DNA of 64,000 nt, taken from assembly GCA_023381615.1 (NCBI GenBank), contig JAMCQL010000065.1, forward strand, positions 15,424 through 79,423, given 5' to 3'. Made by a program: the position numbers and the translations under genes. Shown in pieces: positions 30,826 through 40,012 of the stretch. The notes under the pieces are model-generated. The model was not told where the DNA came from and made no database searches. It saw nothing but the letters and a program-made list of their open reading frames with translations. Every line of letters begins with the position of its first letter. Position 1 is the stretch's first letter. This stretch comes from Bacteroidota bacterium. Its GTDB lineage: Bacteria; Bacteroidota; Ignavibacteria; Kryptoniales; JAKASW01.

Positions 30826-32162
30826 TTCCCGTCTCCGAGCAAGACCACTTTTTCTTTCCCGTTTTTGACATTCTTCGTGGCATTTCGAGCATCAATGACG
30901 CAATTAGAATTCTTCACAACGAAGTCATAATCGTAAGAAGAATGGTCGGTAGTAATCAGCACACAATCCATGGATTTCAGAAGTTTTGCCGTAAGCTCTA
31001 CCGACTTAAAACTTTTCCCATCCAGATGAACTTCCGGGACATAAGGATCATTGTAGGAAATATTTGTCGCGCCGTCAAGGAGAAGAAGTTCCATCACTTT
31101 GAGCGCAGGGGAATGCCTTATATCGTCGACATCTTTTTTGAACGCCACACCGAGAATTAAAATCTTTGCCTTCCTGAAACTAATCGGCATGAAACTCAAT
31201 TCCCGCTGTACCATATTCTTCACGTAGAACGGCATGTTCTCGTTCACTTCCGCCGCAAGTGAAATGAAGTTGGTCTGAAAATCGTATGCCTTTGCGAGCC
31301 ATGCAAGATAGTACGGATCGATCAGGATGCAGTGCCCGCCGATGCCCGGTCCCGGAAAGAACGGCATAAAGCCGAACGGTTTTGTCGCCGCCGCTTCCAC
31401 CACTTCCCAAATATTTATTCCGCCAATCCTGTCGCAGAGCTGAGCCAACTCGTTCACCAGCGCAATATTAACGCTTCGAAAAATATTCTCCAGGAGTTTT
31501 TCCATCTCGGCTACTTTGGGGCTCGATACTTTCACGACTTCACTTACACTTACACTCTGCTGAACCACCAATGCCGCCAACTCGGTGCTGATTTCGTTAA
31601 CTCCTCCCACTACTGTTGGGATATTGTTCGTTTTATACTTATTGTTGCCCGGATCGATGCGCTCGGGCGAAAAAGCGAGAAAGAAATCCACCCCGGCTTT
31701 CAACCCACTCTTTTCTAGAATTGGCTGAACGTAACCTTCAGTGGTATTCGGGAAGGTGGTGCTCCTCAAAACTATTATCTGATTTTTCCTCAAGCCTCTT
31801 GCAATATTCTCCGTAGCATCAACGATGAACGATATATCGGGTTCCTTGTTCGGAGTAAATGGAGTTGGAACGCAAATGAAGATGGCGTCACAAGAATTAA
31901 CGGAATTATAATTATTCTCTGCCTTCAACTTTCCAGAAGCAACAGTCTTCTTAAATTGTTCGTCGGCAATATCTCCAATATAGTTCATGCCTTTATTGAC
32001 GCTGTCCACTTTCCGCTTATCAACGTCTATTCCAACTGTCTCATAACCCTTCGATGCAAATTCCACCGCAAGCGGCAATCCAACATAACCAAGTCCTACC
32101 ACACCAACTTTGATTTCCTTTTCGATAATTTTTTTCTTAAGCTGTTCCATGATGGTGTTCAT
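30822..32162 (-). CDS. UDP-N-acetylhexosamine 6-dehydrogenase (WbpA/WecC family)
   Basis: GLGYVGLP, ICVPTP, SPERIDPG, GPGIGGHCI. Confidence 0.93.
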   Translation of the reverse strand: MNTIMEQLKKKIIEKEIKVGVVGLGYVGLPLAVEFASKGYETVGIDVDKRKVDSVNKGMNYIGDIADEQFKKTVASGKLKAENNYNSVNSCDAIFICVPTPFTPNKEPDISFIVDATENIARGLRKNQIIVLRSTTFPNTTEGYVQPILEKSGLKAGVDFFLAFSPERIDPGNNKYKTNNIPTVVGGVNEISTELAALVVQQSVSVSEVVKVSSPKVAEMEKLLENIFRSVNIALVNELAQLCDRIGGINIWEVVEAAATKPFGFMPFFPGPGIGGHCILIDPYYLAWLAKAYDFQTNFISLAAEVNENMPFYVKNMVQRELSFMPISFRKAKILILGVAFKKDVDDIRHSPALKVMELLLLDGATNISYNDPYVPEVHLDGKSFKSVELTAKLLKSMDCVLITTDHSSYDYDFVVKNSNCVIDARNATKNVKNGKEKVVLLGDGK

Positions 32163-33184
32163 CTCTCCTCATACTGAAGTTTGTAATAATTCTGATATTC
32201 ACCGGAAATAATTCGTCGCCACCACTTCTCATTCTCAACATACCATTTTATTGTCTCGTTGATTCCCTGTTCAAATGAATGCCGCGGTTTCCAACCGAGT
32301 TCAACTTCAATTTTAGTGGAATCCATTGCATAACGCCGGTCGTGTCCCGGACGGTCCTTCACATATTTCAAGAGCGATTCGGTCTTACCAAGCTTGTTCA
32401 AAATCAGTTTAGCCATGTGAATGTTTTGAACTTCGTTTCCGCCGCCGATATTGTAAACTTCACCGATCTTTCCTTTGTAAAGCACATCATCAATTGCCTC
32501 ACAGTGGTCTTCCACATAAATCCAGTCGCGCACATTTAGTCCGTCGCCGTAGATCGGCAATTCCTTGTTCTGAAGCGCATTTATGACCATCAAAGGAATA
32601 AACTTTTCCGGGAATTGATACGGTCCGTAGTTGTTCGAACAGCGAGTAATCATAGTTGGAAGGTTGAAAGTCTTTTCCCATCCTCTCACAAGCAAATCTG
32701 CACTCGCCTTACTTGCTGAGTAAGGACTGTTCGGGGAAATGTGAGTTGTCTCTGTGAACTTCCCTGCCGGGCCAAGCGAGCCATAAACTTCGTCTGTGGA
32801 AACTTGCAAAAATCTTTCCAGTCCAAATTCCCGCGCGGCTTCCAGAAGAGTCATCGTGCCGCGGACGTTCGTATCAATGAAGACCTGAGGACCAAGGATG
32901 CTTCGATCGACATGTGATTCGGCTGCAAAATTTATCACCGCATCAAAATGCCACTCGTTGAAAAGTCGGCGCACAAACGCTGCATCTGTGATATCTCCAC
33001 GATAGAAATGATAATGCGGATCCGATTCCACGTCCCGCAAGCTCTCGAGGTTTCCTGCATAAGTCAGCTTATCAAGGTTTATTAGATCGACGTCCCTATG
33101 CTTCTCCAGAAACAATCTGATGAAATTGCTGCCGATGAAACCAGCCCCACCGGTCACGAGTATGTTTTTTAGATTTAGTAACAT
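32159..33184 (-). CDS. rfbB: dTDP-glucose 4,6-dehydratase
   Basis: GGAGFIGSN, AAESHVDRSI, STDEVYG, YSASK, DRPGHDRRY. Confidence 0.96.
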   Translation of the reverse strand: MLLNLKNILVTGGAGFIGSNFIRLFLEKHRDVDLINLDKLTYAGNLESLRDVESDPHYHFYRGDITDAAFVRRLFNEWHFDAVINFAAESHVDRSILGPQVFIDTNVRGTMTLLEAAREFGLERFLQVSTDEVYGSLGPAGKFTETTHISPNSPYSASKASADLLVRGWEKTFNLPTMITRCSNNYGPYQFPEKFIPLMVINALQNKELPIYGDGLNVRDWIYVEDHCEAIDDVLYKGKIGEVYNIGGGNEVQNIHMAKLILNKLGKTESLLKYVKDRPGHDRRYAMDSTKIEVELGWKPRHSFEQGINETIKWYVENEKWWRRIISGEYQNYYKLQYEER

Positions 33185-33380
33185 GAATTCTTCGATTGGA
33201 TTAAGACACAGCTCTCTGAGTTTGATAACGCAAGGATTTTATAAGTTCTCAATTTGTGTAGACAGAATATATCAACGCATTCCTCGATTTTCAACGTTAA
33301 ATTTGAAGTTGGGTGTGCGACATAAAAATAACGCCTGTTTTCCGAAGAAGCTGACAAGCAGGCTGCCTATCTGAGATTTT

Positions 33381-33545
33381 ACATGTCGCTCCTACGGAGC
33401 TTACAATTGAATCTTATGAACTTACTACAAATATGTCGCCACTACGTGGATAGAAGCTCCGTCAGGAGCCACATGTTTGTCCGAAGGATCCTTTGGATAG
33501 GGAAAAGACTAAGGTCAAATTATAGCTCCGTATAGGAGCGATATG
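33381..33545. repeat. Cluster of four REP-like units (ATGTCGCTCCTACGGAGCT type), two in each orientation
   Basis: Units at ~33381-33401, 33425-33451, 33455-33500 (interrupted) and 33524-33545. Confidence 0.8.
33480..33497. repeat. 18-bp palindromic element, copy 1 (inside a REP-like unit)
   Basis: TCCGAAGGATCCTTTGGA. Confidence 0.85.
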
Positions 33546-33555
33546 TGAAAAGTTC

Positions 33556-33573
33556 TCCGAAGGATCCTACGGA
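33556..33573. repeat. 18-bp palindromic element, copy 2 (intergenic)
   Basis: TCCGAAGGATCCTACGGA. Confidence 0.85.
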
Positions 33574-33792
33574 AAGGAAAATTGGAGACAATATTTTGCT
33601 TGGCTCTGGTTCTGAATAATGATTTGCATTCAGAATGTGTAAAGCCCGACCTCATCGGCAATATCATCAATAAATTTGTCGCAGACCCTTTGAAGTTCAC
33701 TGCTGCCTGTGTTCTAAATCGCAAGAAGTGTTTACGAAATACGTTCGCCAATGAAAGCCCATTCCAAATAAATCTCAACGAGAATTTTAACT

Positions 33793-33821
33793 TTGGAAAA
33801 TTGCGTCTTGGCTGTTAAATT
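33793..33821 (+). promoter_or_regulatory. Putative sigma70 promoter of rpmB
   Basis: TTGGAA-17 nt-TAAATT, with a GGAG SD upstream of ATG 33844. Confidence 0.5.
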
Positions 33822-33843
33822 AGTGAAAATTCTGGAGATGTAA

Positions 33844-34035
33844 ATGGCAAAAGTTTGTGATGTCTGCGGTAAGAAACCCATTTTTGGACATAACATCAGT
33901 CACGCACATAATATCACTAATCGCAGATGGGATCCGAATCTGCAAAGCGTTCGCGCAATTGTAGACGGCAAAGTAAAACGAATAAAGGCTTGCGCTTCCT
34001 GCATTAAACAGGGACGCGTTCGGAAAGCTGCGTAA
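33844..34035 (+). CDS. rpmB: 50S ribosomal protein L28
   Basis: MAKVCDVCGKKP..GHNISHAH..T.RRW.PNLQ. Confidence 0.97.
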   Translation: MAKVCDVCGKKPIFGHNISHAHNITNRRWDPNLQSVRAIVDGKVKRIKACASCIKQGRVRKAA

Positions 34036-34083
34036 TAGAAAACTTCACTTTGAATATTTTTTTCATTTCCAAAGAGAACCAAT

Positions 34084-35157
34084 TCACTCAGCCTGTAACG
34101 TCCCCTTCTTCGATTCCTTCTTTGTAATACGGTAGGATTCAAGCCCCCAGTAAGTTTCTTTCGCAATTACTCTAAACACGGTGTAGAGCGGCATTGCCAG
34201 CACCATGCCCAAAACTCCCTCCAGGTCGGCGGCAACAAGAATCAAAAGGACGATAGTCAATGGATGCATTGAAGCTCCACGCGAATAAACTGTCGGGACT
34301 ATAACTGTATCGTCAAGTATTCTTATCGCCGCAAAGAGTATCACTATCGGCAAAAGCATGCCGAAATTTCCTGTTTGCACAAATGAGACTATTATTGCCG
34401 GCACTGCTCCTACAATTGGACCAAGGTAAGGGATAAGGTTTGCGACTCCAGCCACTGCGCCAATCACCAAGGCATACTTCACACCCATAAACAGCAAACC
34501 TAATATAGACAGGACACCGACGACAGCCGCTTCAGTTAACCAAGCACGAATGTACCGTCCGAGCTGGATTCTAATCTTATGTACGACATTCAACGTCATT
34601 TCAAAATACCTGTTGGGAACAAGCGCAATGAAACCGCGCATTATTGAATCTCCGTCTTTCAGAAAGAAAAAAGTCACAAACGGAACGATCACAAGTATCA
34701 TAAGCACGGAACCGGCGCTCGTCAGGATCGACAACCATTCGCTCGCTAATTGAACGGTAATTTCATTTACTCTCCCGGAAACGTTTCCGAAGTTAATGAA
34801 AGGGAATTTAGTCTGCAGTTCCGACTGGATAGCTTGAAGCCGTTCACTGAAGCCGGGCGCTTTCACAGCCTCTTCGATGCTTACGACTTGAGCAATCAAA
34901 GGCGGTAAAAATGTTCCAACCAATCCGAAAATAACTAACGCTATCAAGAGATAGATAATTAAAATACCGTAAACACGTTTTACACCCTTCATCTCGAATG
35001 TATCCACTACGGGCGATAACAGGAAAGTAAGTAGTATTGCGATAAGGAGAAGTATAAAAACACTTCCGAGCAGAGACAAAAACCAAAGAACAAATAAGAG
35101 AAAGGCGACCAGCAAAGAAACTTTGAAACTGTTCTTTTTAAATATCGACAGCATCAT
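34084..35157 (-). CDS. AI-2E family transporter
   Basis: LLSPVV, FFFLKDG, NLIPYLGP, HPL, GMVLAMP; start placed after a GGAG SD. Confidence 0.88.
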   Translation of the reverse strand: MMLSIFKKNSFKVSLLVAFLLFVLWFLSLLGSVFILLLIAILLTFLLSPVVDTFEMKGVKRVYGILIIYLLIALVIFGLVGTFLPPLIAQVVSIEEAVKAPGFSERLQAIQSELQTKFPFINFGNVSGRVNEITVQLASEWLSILTSAGSVLMILVIVPFVTFFFLKDGDSIMRGFIALVPNRYFEMTLNVVHKIRIQLGRYIRAWLTEAAVVGVLSILGLLFMGVKYALVIGAVAGVANLIPYLGPIVGAVPAIIVSFVQTGNFGMLLPIVILFAAIRILDDTVIVPTVYSRGASMHPLTIVLLILVAADLEGVLGMVLAMPLYTVFRVIAKETYWGLESYRITKKESKKGTLQAE

Positions 35158-35782
35158 AATCTCCATCGAACATTTTCCGAACGACTTTTCTGATCACATC
35201 CCAATCGAATCCCCGTCTCGCAAGAAATGCAACAAGTTTTTCACGTCTCTTCTTCAGTTCATATCGTTTCAGCGAACGAATCTTGATTTCAGCGGCTTGC
35301 AAGGCGAACTCAATCTGCGTTTCGTCATTGCTGACGTCGGAGAGCGCTTGTGATGCGGTTTCTTTTGACACGCCTTTCTCGCGCAATTTTCTTTCTAACT
35401 CTCTCTTCCCTATCGGTTTCGATGCAACTTTACTGGCAATGAATGCTTCCGCGAAACGCACATCGTCGACAAGTCCAAGGTTCGTCAGCTTATCGAGAAC
35501 ACGATTGATAGCTCCCGGCGGAAATTCTTTCATGTGCAGCCGCTGGCGAAGTTCCGCTGTAGTTCTCATTTGATAGTTCAGGAGCCGCATCGCTGCGATG
35601 TAAGTGTCTTGATACGATTGGGCATCTTGAATTTGCTGCATCCTTTCGCTTGATATTTCATCGTTGCGCCGGAGACCGAAGTCAACAATTACTTCCTTAC
35701 TCAAAAGAAGTTCGCCTTCCTCCTCGAAGCATACCTTAAACTTCCCGCCGCGATGTGCTTTTTCAATTGACACGATACGCAT
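35138..35782 (-). CDS. recX: Regulatory protein RecX
   Basis: Directly downstream of recA; ELRQRL, DD.RFA, L.EKGV, FLARRGF. Confidence 0.9.
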   Translation of the reverse strand: MRIVSIEKAHRGGKFKVCFEEEGELLLSKEVIVDFGLRRNDEISSERMQQIQDAQSYQDTYIAAMRLLNYQMRTTAELRQRLHMKEFPPGAINRVLDKLTNLGLVDDVRFAEAFIASKVASKPIGKRELERKLREKGVSKETASQALSDVSNDETQIEFALQAAEIKIRSLKRYELKKRREKLVAFLARRGFDWDVIRKVVRKMFDGDYDAVDI

Positions 35783-35811
35783 ATTTCAGCGTATTCCAAG
35801 GAAGCTCAATT

Positions 35812-36909
35812 TCATTCTTTTTGTTTCTTTGTTTCCTTTCCACGTGATCCTTCGGACGCCTTCTCCGCTTTCTCGGTTGGCGCGGAGTTCCCGTTGTTAT
35901 TACCCTTTCCTAAACTTAGACCAAGCTTCGTGCGGACTTCAGTTTCGAGTTCTTTGAAAGCATCCGGATTTTCCTGAAAATATTTTTTAGCCGCGTCTCT
36001 TCCCTGACCAAGCCGTTCGTTCTTATAGGAAAACCACGTCCCGCTTTTTTGAACCACATTATGCTCGACGCCGACATCTAACATGTCACCAACTCTGGAA
36101 ATTCCTTCATTATATTGGATATCGAACTCAACTTCTTTGAACGGCGGCGCCACTTTGTTTTTTACAACTTTCACCCGGACTCTGTTCCCAACTATATCTG
36201 CTCCATCCTTGATATGATCGCGCTTTCGAATATCCAAACGCAATGCGGCATAAAACTTCAGCGCGTTTCCACCGGTTGTCGTCTCCGGATTTCCGTAGAC
36301 AATTCCGATTTTGCTGCGCAGTTGATTCGTGAAAATTACAGAAGTATTGCTCTTGTTGATTGCCGCAGTAAGTTTCCTCAGCGCCTGCGACATCAAACGA
36401 GCCTGAGCGCCCATCTGCGCATCTCCCATTTCTCCTTCGATCTCCGAGCGCGGCGTCAGAGCAGCGACCGAGTCAATCACGACAACATCGATTGCGCCGC
36501 TACGGACAAGCGTCTCAACGATATCAAGCGCCTGCTCGCCAAATTCCGGTTGAGACAAAAGCAGGTTATTCGTGTCGACGCCGATCCGCTTTGCGTAATT
36601 CAAATCAAGCGCGTGCTCAGCATCAATGAACGCGGCAATCCCGCCAAGTCTCTGCGCCTCCGCAATGACGCTCAAGCATAATGTCGTCTTGCCGGAAGAT
36701 TCCGGGCCGAAAATTTCAGTGATCCTTCCGCGTGGAATACCGCCGATTCCCAAAGCCCAATCGAGAGATATCGAGCCGGTCGAAATGAAATCGATTTTTG
36801 CAATCGGGCCTTCCCCCATTTTCATGACCGCGCCCTTGCCGTAATCTTTCTCGATCTGGTTGAGCGCAATGTCCAATGCTTTCAGCTTCGCCTCTTTTTC
36901 CTCACCCAT
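35812..36909 (-). CDS. recA: Recombinase RecA (start at MGEEKE, after an AAAGGAG SD)
   Basis: [36 protein letters not shown]. Confidence 0.99.
   Translation of the reverse strand: MGEEKEAKLKALDIALNQIEKDYGKGAVMKMGEGPIAKIDFISTGSISLDWALGIGGIPRGRITEIFGPESSGKTTLCLSVIAEAQRLGGIAAFIDAEHALDLNYAKRIGVDTNNLLLSQPEFGEQALDIVETLVRSGAIDVVVIDSVAALTPRSEIEGEMGDAQMGAQARLMSQALRKLTAAINKSNTSVIFTNQLRSKIGIVYGNPETTTGGNALKFYAALRLDIRKRDHIKDGADIVGNRVRVKVVKNKVAPPFKEVEFDIQYNEGISRVGDMLDVGVEHNVVQKSGTWFSYKNERLGQGRDAAKKYFQENPDAFKELETEVRTKLGLSLGKGNNNGNSAPTEKAEKASEGSRGKETKKQKE
35839..35856. repeat. 18-bp element, copy 3 (diverged, in the recA tail)
   Basis: Coding strand TCCGAAGGATCACGTGGA, 2 mismatches to consensus. Confidence 0.6.
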
Positions 36910-36937
36910 TTTCAAAACTCCTTTCCCGACGTCCGCC

Positions 36938-37552
36938 TTAGGCGGATTCGGACTGTTGTAGTGGATATTCAAATAAGATTTTGTATTCAGATCCCGACCT
37001 GTCGGGATTCAATGTGCTTTCGAATAGTGCAACACTCTTTGGGAAAAATGGCTCCAGAAACAATTTACCTTGACCTGCGAATTTCTGCAAGTCTCCGAAG
37101 GATCCTGGGGAGAAGTAATTTCCCCCGCCTCTTTGCCTTTCGCCCCCTTTGAGCCGCGCAATCGTGATATGGGACTTAAAAGCCCGCGATTCGGGAATAA
37201 TTCCAAATTCCTTGGTGACCGACTTGATGGAGTCGGCAATTGAAGCGAGCGTTCCATCATCCTCGCAGTCCAGCCAAATTCCTCTTCTCACCTTCTCGCT
37301 TGGGAAATAATTCATTCCAACAATTTCGACCTGAGAAGATTTGAAAGATGACTTCTCTAATTCGCCAACGACGGATGAATAAAGCCTTTCGACATTCTTG
37401 GATTCGAAGTCGCCGATAAATTGGAGAGTGATGTGGAGTTTGTCTTTGCCTTCGATTCTCGCTTCCGTGATTGAAGAGCGAAGCTCTTTTTGGAGCTTTG
37501 TGATCCCTGCTTTTGTGGCTTCAGGTAAGGTTGCACCAAAGAATATTCTCAT
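36938..37552 (-). CDS. thpR: RNA 2',3'-cyclic phosphodiesterase (2H family)
   Basis: Two HxT motifs ([16 protein letters not shown]); located between cinA and recA. Confidence 0.92.
   Translation of the reverse strand: MRIFFGATLPEATKAGITKLQKELRSSITEARIEGKDKLHITLQFIGDFESKNVERLYSSVVGELEKSSFKSSQVEIVGMNYFPSEKVRRGIWLDCEDDGTLASIADSIKSVTKEFGIIPESRAFKSHITIARLKGGERQRGGGNYFSPGSFGDLQKFAGQGKLFLEPFFPKSVALFESTLNPDRSGSEYKILFEYPLQQSESA
37094..37111. repeat. 18-bp element, copy 4 (in thpR)
   Basis: TCCGAAGGATCCTGGGGA. Confidence 0.85.
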
Positions 37553-38824
37553 TCACTCCAAACCTAAGATTCGTTTCCTCACAAGTTCGAGCGCCGCCTG
37601 AGACGCGCGGTCTTTGAATCGAATGCGTTCATCCGGAAAGATGTGCTTCTTCACGACTGTACCGGCTGAATCGGCAACACCGATGTAAACCAAACCGACG
37701 GGCTTATCCGGAGTTCCCCCTGTTGGTCCCGCGATTCCTGTAACGGATACGCTGATATCCGTTCCGGAAATTTTTCTGATTCCTTCCGCCATCGCAAGCG
37801 CGACTTCTTCGCTGACTGCGCCAAATTTTACAAGAAGCTCCTCCGGTACGTGCAATATTTCCATCTTAGCTTTGTTGCTGTAGCTGACAACTCCGCGCTC
37901 GAAGTAAGCAGAACTTCCGGAGATGTTTGTGATCCGATGGGAAATGTATCCGCCGGTACAGCTCTCCGCAGCTGAGATTGTAAGTTTCCGTTCTCTCAAG
38001 AGTTTGCCGACAGCTTCTTCCAAGTCGACTTCTCCTTCTCCGAAGGATCCTGTGGACGAGTAAATGTATTTCTCCGCTTTGCTTCGAATCTTTCTTTCTA
38101 CCTCGGCGACGATCGAATCCGCTTCCTCCGTTGTGGCTGCTTTCACCGTGATGCGCAGCCGTACACCAAACTGGCTCGGAAGAAATGCTAACTTCGCGCG
38201 TCCGCCAAGTATTTCGTCCACATCGCCAAGAAGTTGAAACAAAGCCGATTCGGCAATCCCGGTTGTCTTCAGCACCCTGTGTTTAATAACCTGTCCGGCC
38301 GCCTTCGCCTTCAATCGCGGAACGACATATTCGGTCAGGATATTCTGCATCTCGTAAGGGACACCGGGCATTACGGCAAAGAATTTATTCCCCTTCTCGA
38401 AAAGCATTCCGGGCGCCGTGCCCCAATGGTTCATCAGCGCTTCGCAGCCTTCGGGAACAAGCGCCTGTTCTTCATTCACTTTTATCACAGGAATGTTCCG
38501 CTTCGAAAGCCTATCTCGAACATTCTCCAACACTGAATTATTCATCACCAATTTCACGTTAAAAAAATCGGCAACAACTTTCTTCGTGATGTCGTCATGA
38601 GTTGGGCCAAGACCGCCGGTAACCAATACCGCATCGAAGTTTTCGTAATACTCTTTGAACGCGCTCATGATCTCGTCGTATTCATCACCCACCACAACCA
38701 TGCGCGTAATTTCCATTCCGATTTCCGACAGTTTCTGCCCAATAAAAGCCGCGTTCGTATTTGTTACCTGACCGATCAGGATTTCGTCGCCAATCGTTAT
38801 TACTGCCGCAGTTTTCATTTTCAC
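37553..38824 (-). CDS. cinA: Competence/damage-inducible protein A (MocF domain + NMN deamidase)
   Basis: IGDEILIG, GGLGPTHDDIT, AESCTGG, GAVSEEVA, TGIAGP. Confidence 0.95.
   Translation of the reverse strand: MKMKTAAVITIGDEILIGQVTNTNAAFIGQKLSEIGMEITRMVVVGDEYDEIMSAFKEYYENFDAVLVTGGLGPTHDDITKKVVADFFNVKLVMNNSVLENVRDRLSKRNIPVIKVNEEQALVPEGCEALMNHWGTAPGMLFEKGNKFFAVMPGVPYEMQNILTEYVVPRLKAKAAGQVIKHRVLKTTGIAESALFQLLGDVDEILGGRAKLAFLPSQFGVRLRITVKAATTEEADSIVAEVERKIRSKAEKYIYSSTGSFGEGEVDLEEAVGKLLRERKLTISAAESCTGGYISHRITNISGSSAYFERGVVSYSNKAKMEILHVPEELLVKFGAVSEEVALAMAEGIRKISGTDISVSVTGIAGPTGGTPDKPVGLVYIGVADSAGTVVKKHIFPDERIRFKDRASQAALELVRKRILGLE
38039..38056. repeat. 18-bp element, copy 5 (in cinA)
   Basis: TCCGAAGGATCCTGTGGA. 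Confidence 0.85.
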
Positions 38825-39294
38825 TTGAAGTGCAAATAAAGTTGAAGGATTACGTTTGTGTAGACTCCGCAGACGACGTCGTCGAGCATTATATAAATGC
38901 CGCCGTTCTTCTTATCGAAATAACTTGCGGGGTACGGCTTGAAAATGTCGAGCATTCTGAAAATAAAAAATCCAATCGCCGCGAGGATAAGTTGCTTTGG
39001 CAAGAAAACCAATGAAATCCACATTGCAACTATTTCATCTATTACAACCCGCGATGGGTCGTGCCCATATACTTTTTCCATTCTGCCCGCCGCGTAAGTT
39101 CCCCAGACGAAGAATACGAGAATCGCCGGAACAATCACATAAAATTTTTCGAATCCATGAATGAAATAGATGAGTAAACCGACGACCGTGCCCGCAGTGC
39201 CGGGAGCAACCGGCGAGAGACCGCTTCCTAATCCGGTTGAAACTAACTTATCGAGAAAAGTAGCCTTAATGTCACTCAGATTCTGTTCTTCCAC
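38821..39294 (-). CDS. pgpA: Phosphatidylglycerophosphatase A
   Basis: APGTAGT, DPSRVVIDE, FRMLDIFKP, MLDD. Confidence 0.93.
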   Translation of the reverse strand: MEEQNLSDIKATFLDKLVSTGLGSGLSPVAPGTAGTVVGLLIYFIHGFEKFYVIVPAILVFFVWGTYAAGRMEKVYGHDPSRVVIDEIVAMWISLVFLPKQLILAAIGFFIFRMLDIFKPYPASYFDKKNGGIYIMLDDVVCGVYTNVILQLYLHFK

Positions 39295-39877
39295 TAACAG
39301 ACCGAAAGAAAGAATGAACTATTTTGAAATTCTCAATCAGGTACTGCAATCCCGTTCCAAGCGTGAGGATAGTAACCACAAACATGGAGTAATAAAGCAC
39401 ATTCTTATTGAGAATCACGTTGATAATCGGTGAAAACTCTGCGACGGAATTTTTAAAAACAACCGCGAGCAATACCCCGTAAATAAATACCATCTGCGCA
39501 AATGTCTTCACTTTCGCGCTGTAATTTGTATGAAGTGTACACCCGCGCAGCTCAGAAAACGAACGGAGCAAAGTAATAGAAATGTCGCGGGCGACGATCA
39601 CCCAGACCATCCACCATTCAACCATGCCTAACCATGCAAAGGCTATGAATGCCGCCGAAGTCAAAATCTTGTCCGCAAGCGGATCGAGGAAGACTCCCCA
39701 TTTAGTGACATTCCCGGTTTTACGCGCGACCCAGCCGTCATACCAATCTGTCAGAGCCGCGACAGCGAAAACAAGAACAGAGACCTGTTTCAAGACCAAA
39801 CGCTCACCAATGAACAACAAAACGAATACTGGGGTCAGTAAAATTCTGAGAATTGTAAGTTGGTTTGGTAACGTCAT
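39272..39877 (-). CDS. pgsA: CDP-diacylglycerol--glycerol-3-phosphate 3-phosphatidyltransferase
   Basis: LPNQLTILR, TDWYDGWVAR, FLDPLADK. Confidence 0.93.
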   Translation of the reverse strand: MTLPNQLTILRILLTPVFVLLFIGERLVLKQVSVLVFAVAALTDWYDGWVARKTGNVTKWGVFLDPLADKILTSAAFIAFAWLGMVEWWMVWVIVARDISITLLRSFSELRGCTLHTNYSAKVKTFAQMVFIYGVLLAVVFKNSVAEFSPIINVILNKNVLYYSMFVVTILTLGTGLQYLIENFKIVHSFFRSVSGRTESE

Positions 39878-39914
39878 CCTGACACAATTTAAGTTTGAAT
39901 AGAATGGAGGTCAA
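39878..39914 (-). promoter_or_regulatory. Putative promoter for a leaderless pgsA transcript
   Basis: TTGACC-17-TAAATT-8 nt-ATG. Confidence 0.6.
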
Positions 39915-39977
39915 GTCGGTCGGAGCGATTTAAGATTCGGGTGCTATGACCCAAATGCTCGAATATTCGCACGTCAA

Positions 39978-40012
39978 TTGAATTTGAGTCATTAACGGAA
40001 TATTTTTAACTA
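39978..40012 (+). promoter_or_regulatory. Putative promoter for a leaderless amidohydrolase transcript
   Basis: TTGAAT-17-TATTTT-6 nt-ATG. Confidence 0.5.

Noticed and set aside
33381-33573. Possible CRISPR array
   Set aside because: Units alternate in orientation, spacing is irregular and no cas genes are present; REP-like instead.
33175-33818. Short ORFs between rfbB and rpmB
   Set aside because: No recognisable motifs or SD; they overlap repeats and the rpmB promoter.
36910-36972. N-terminal extension of RecA in the ORF track
   Set aside because: It overlaps thpR; an SD supports ATG 36909.
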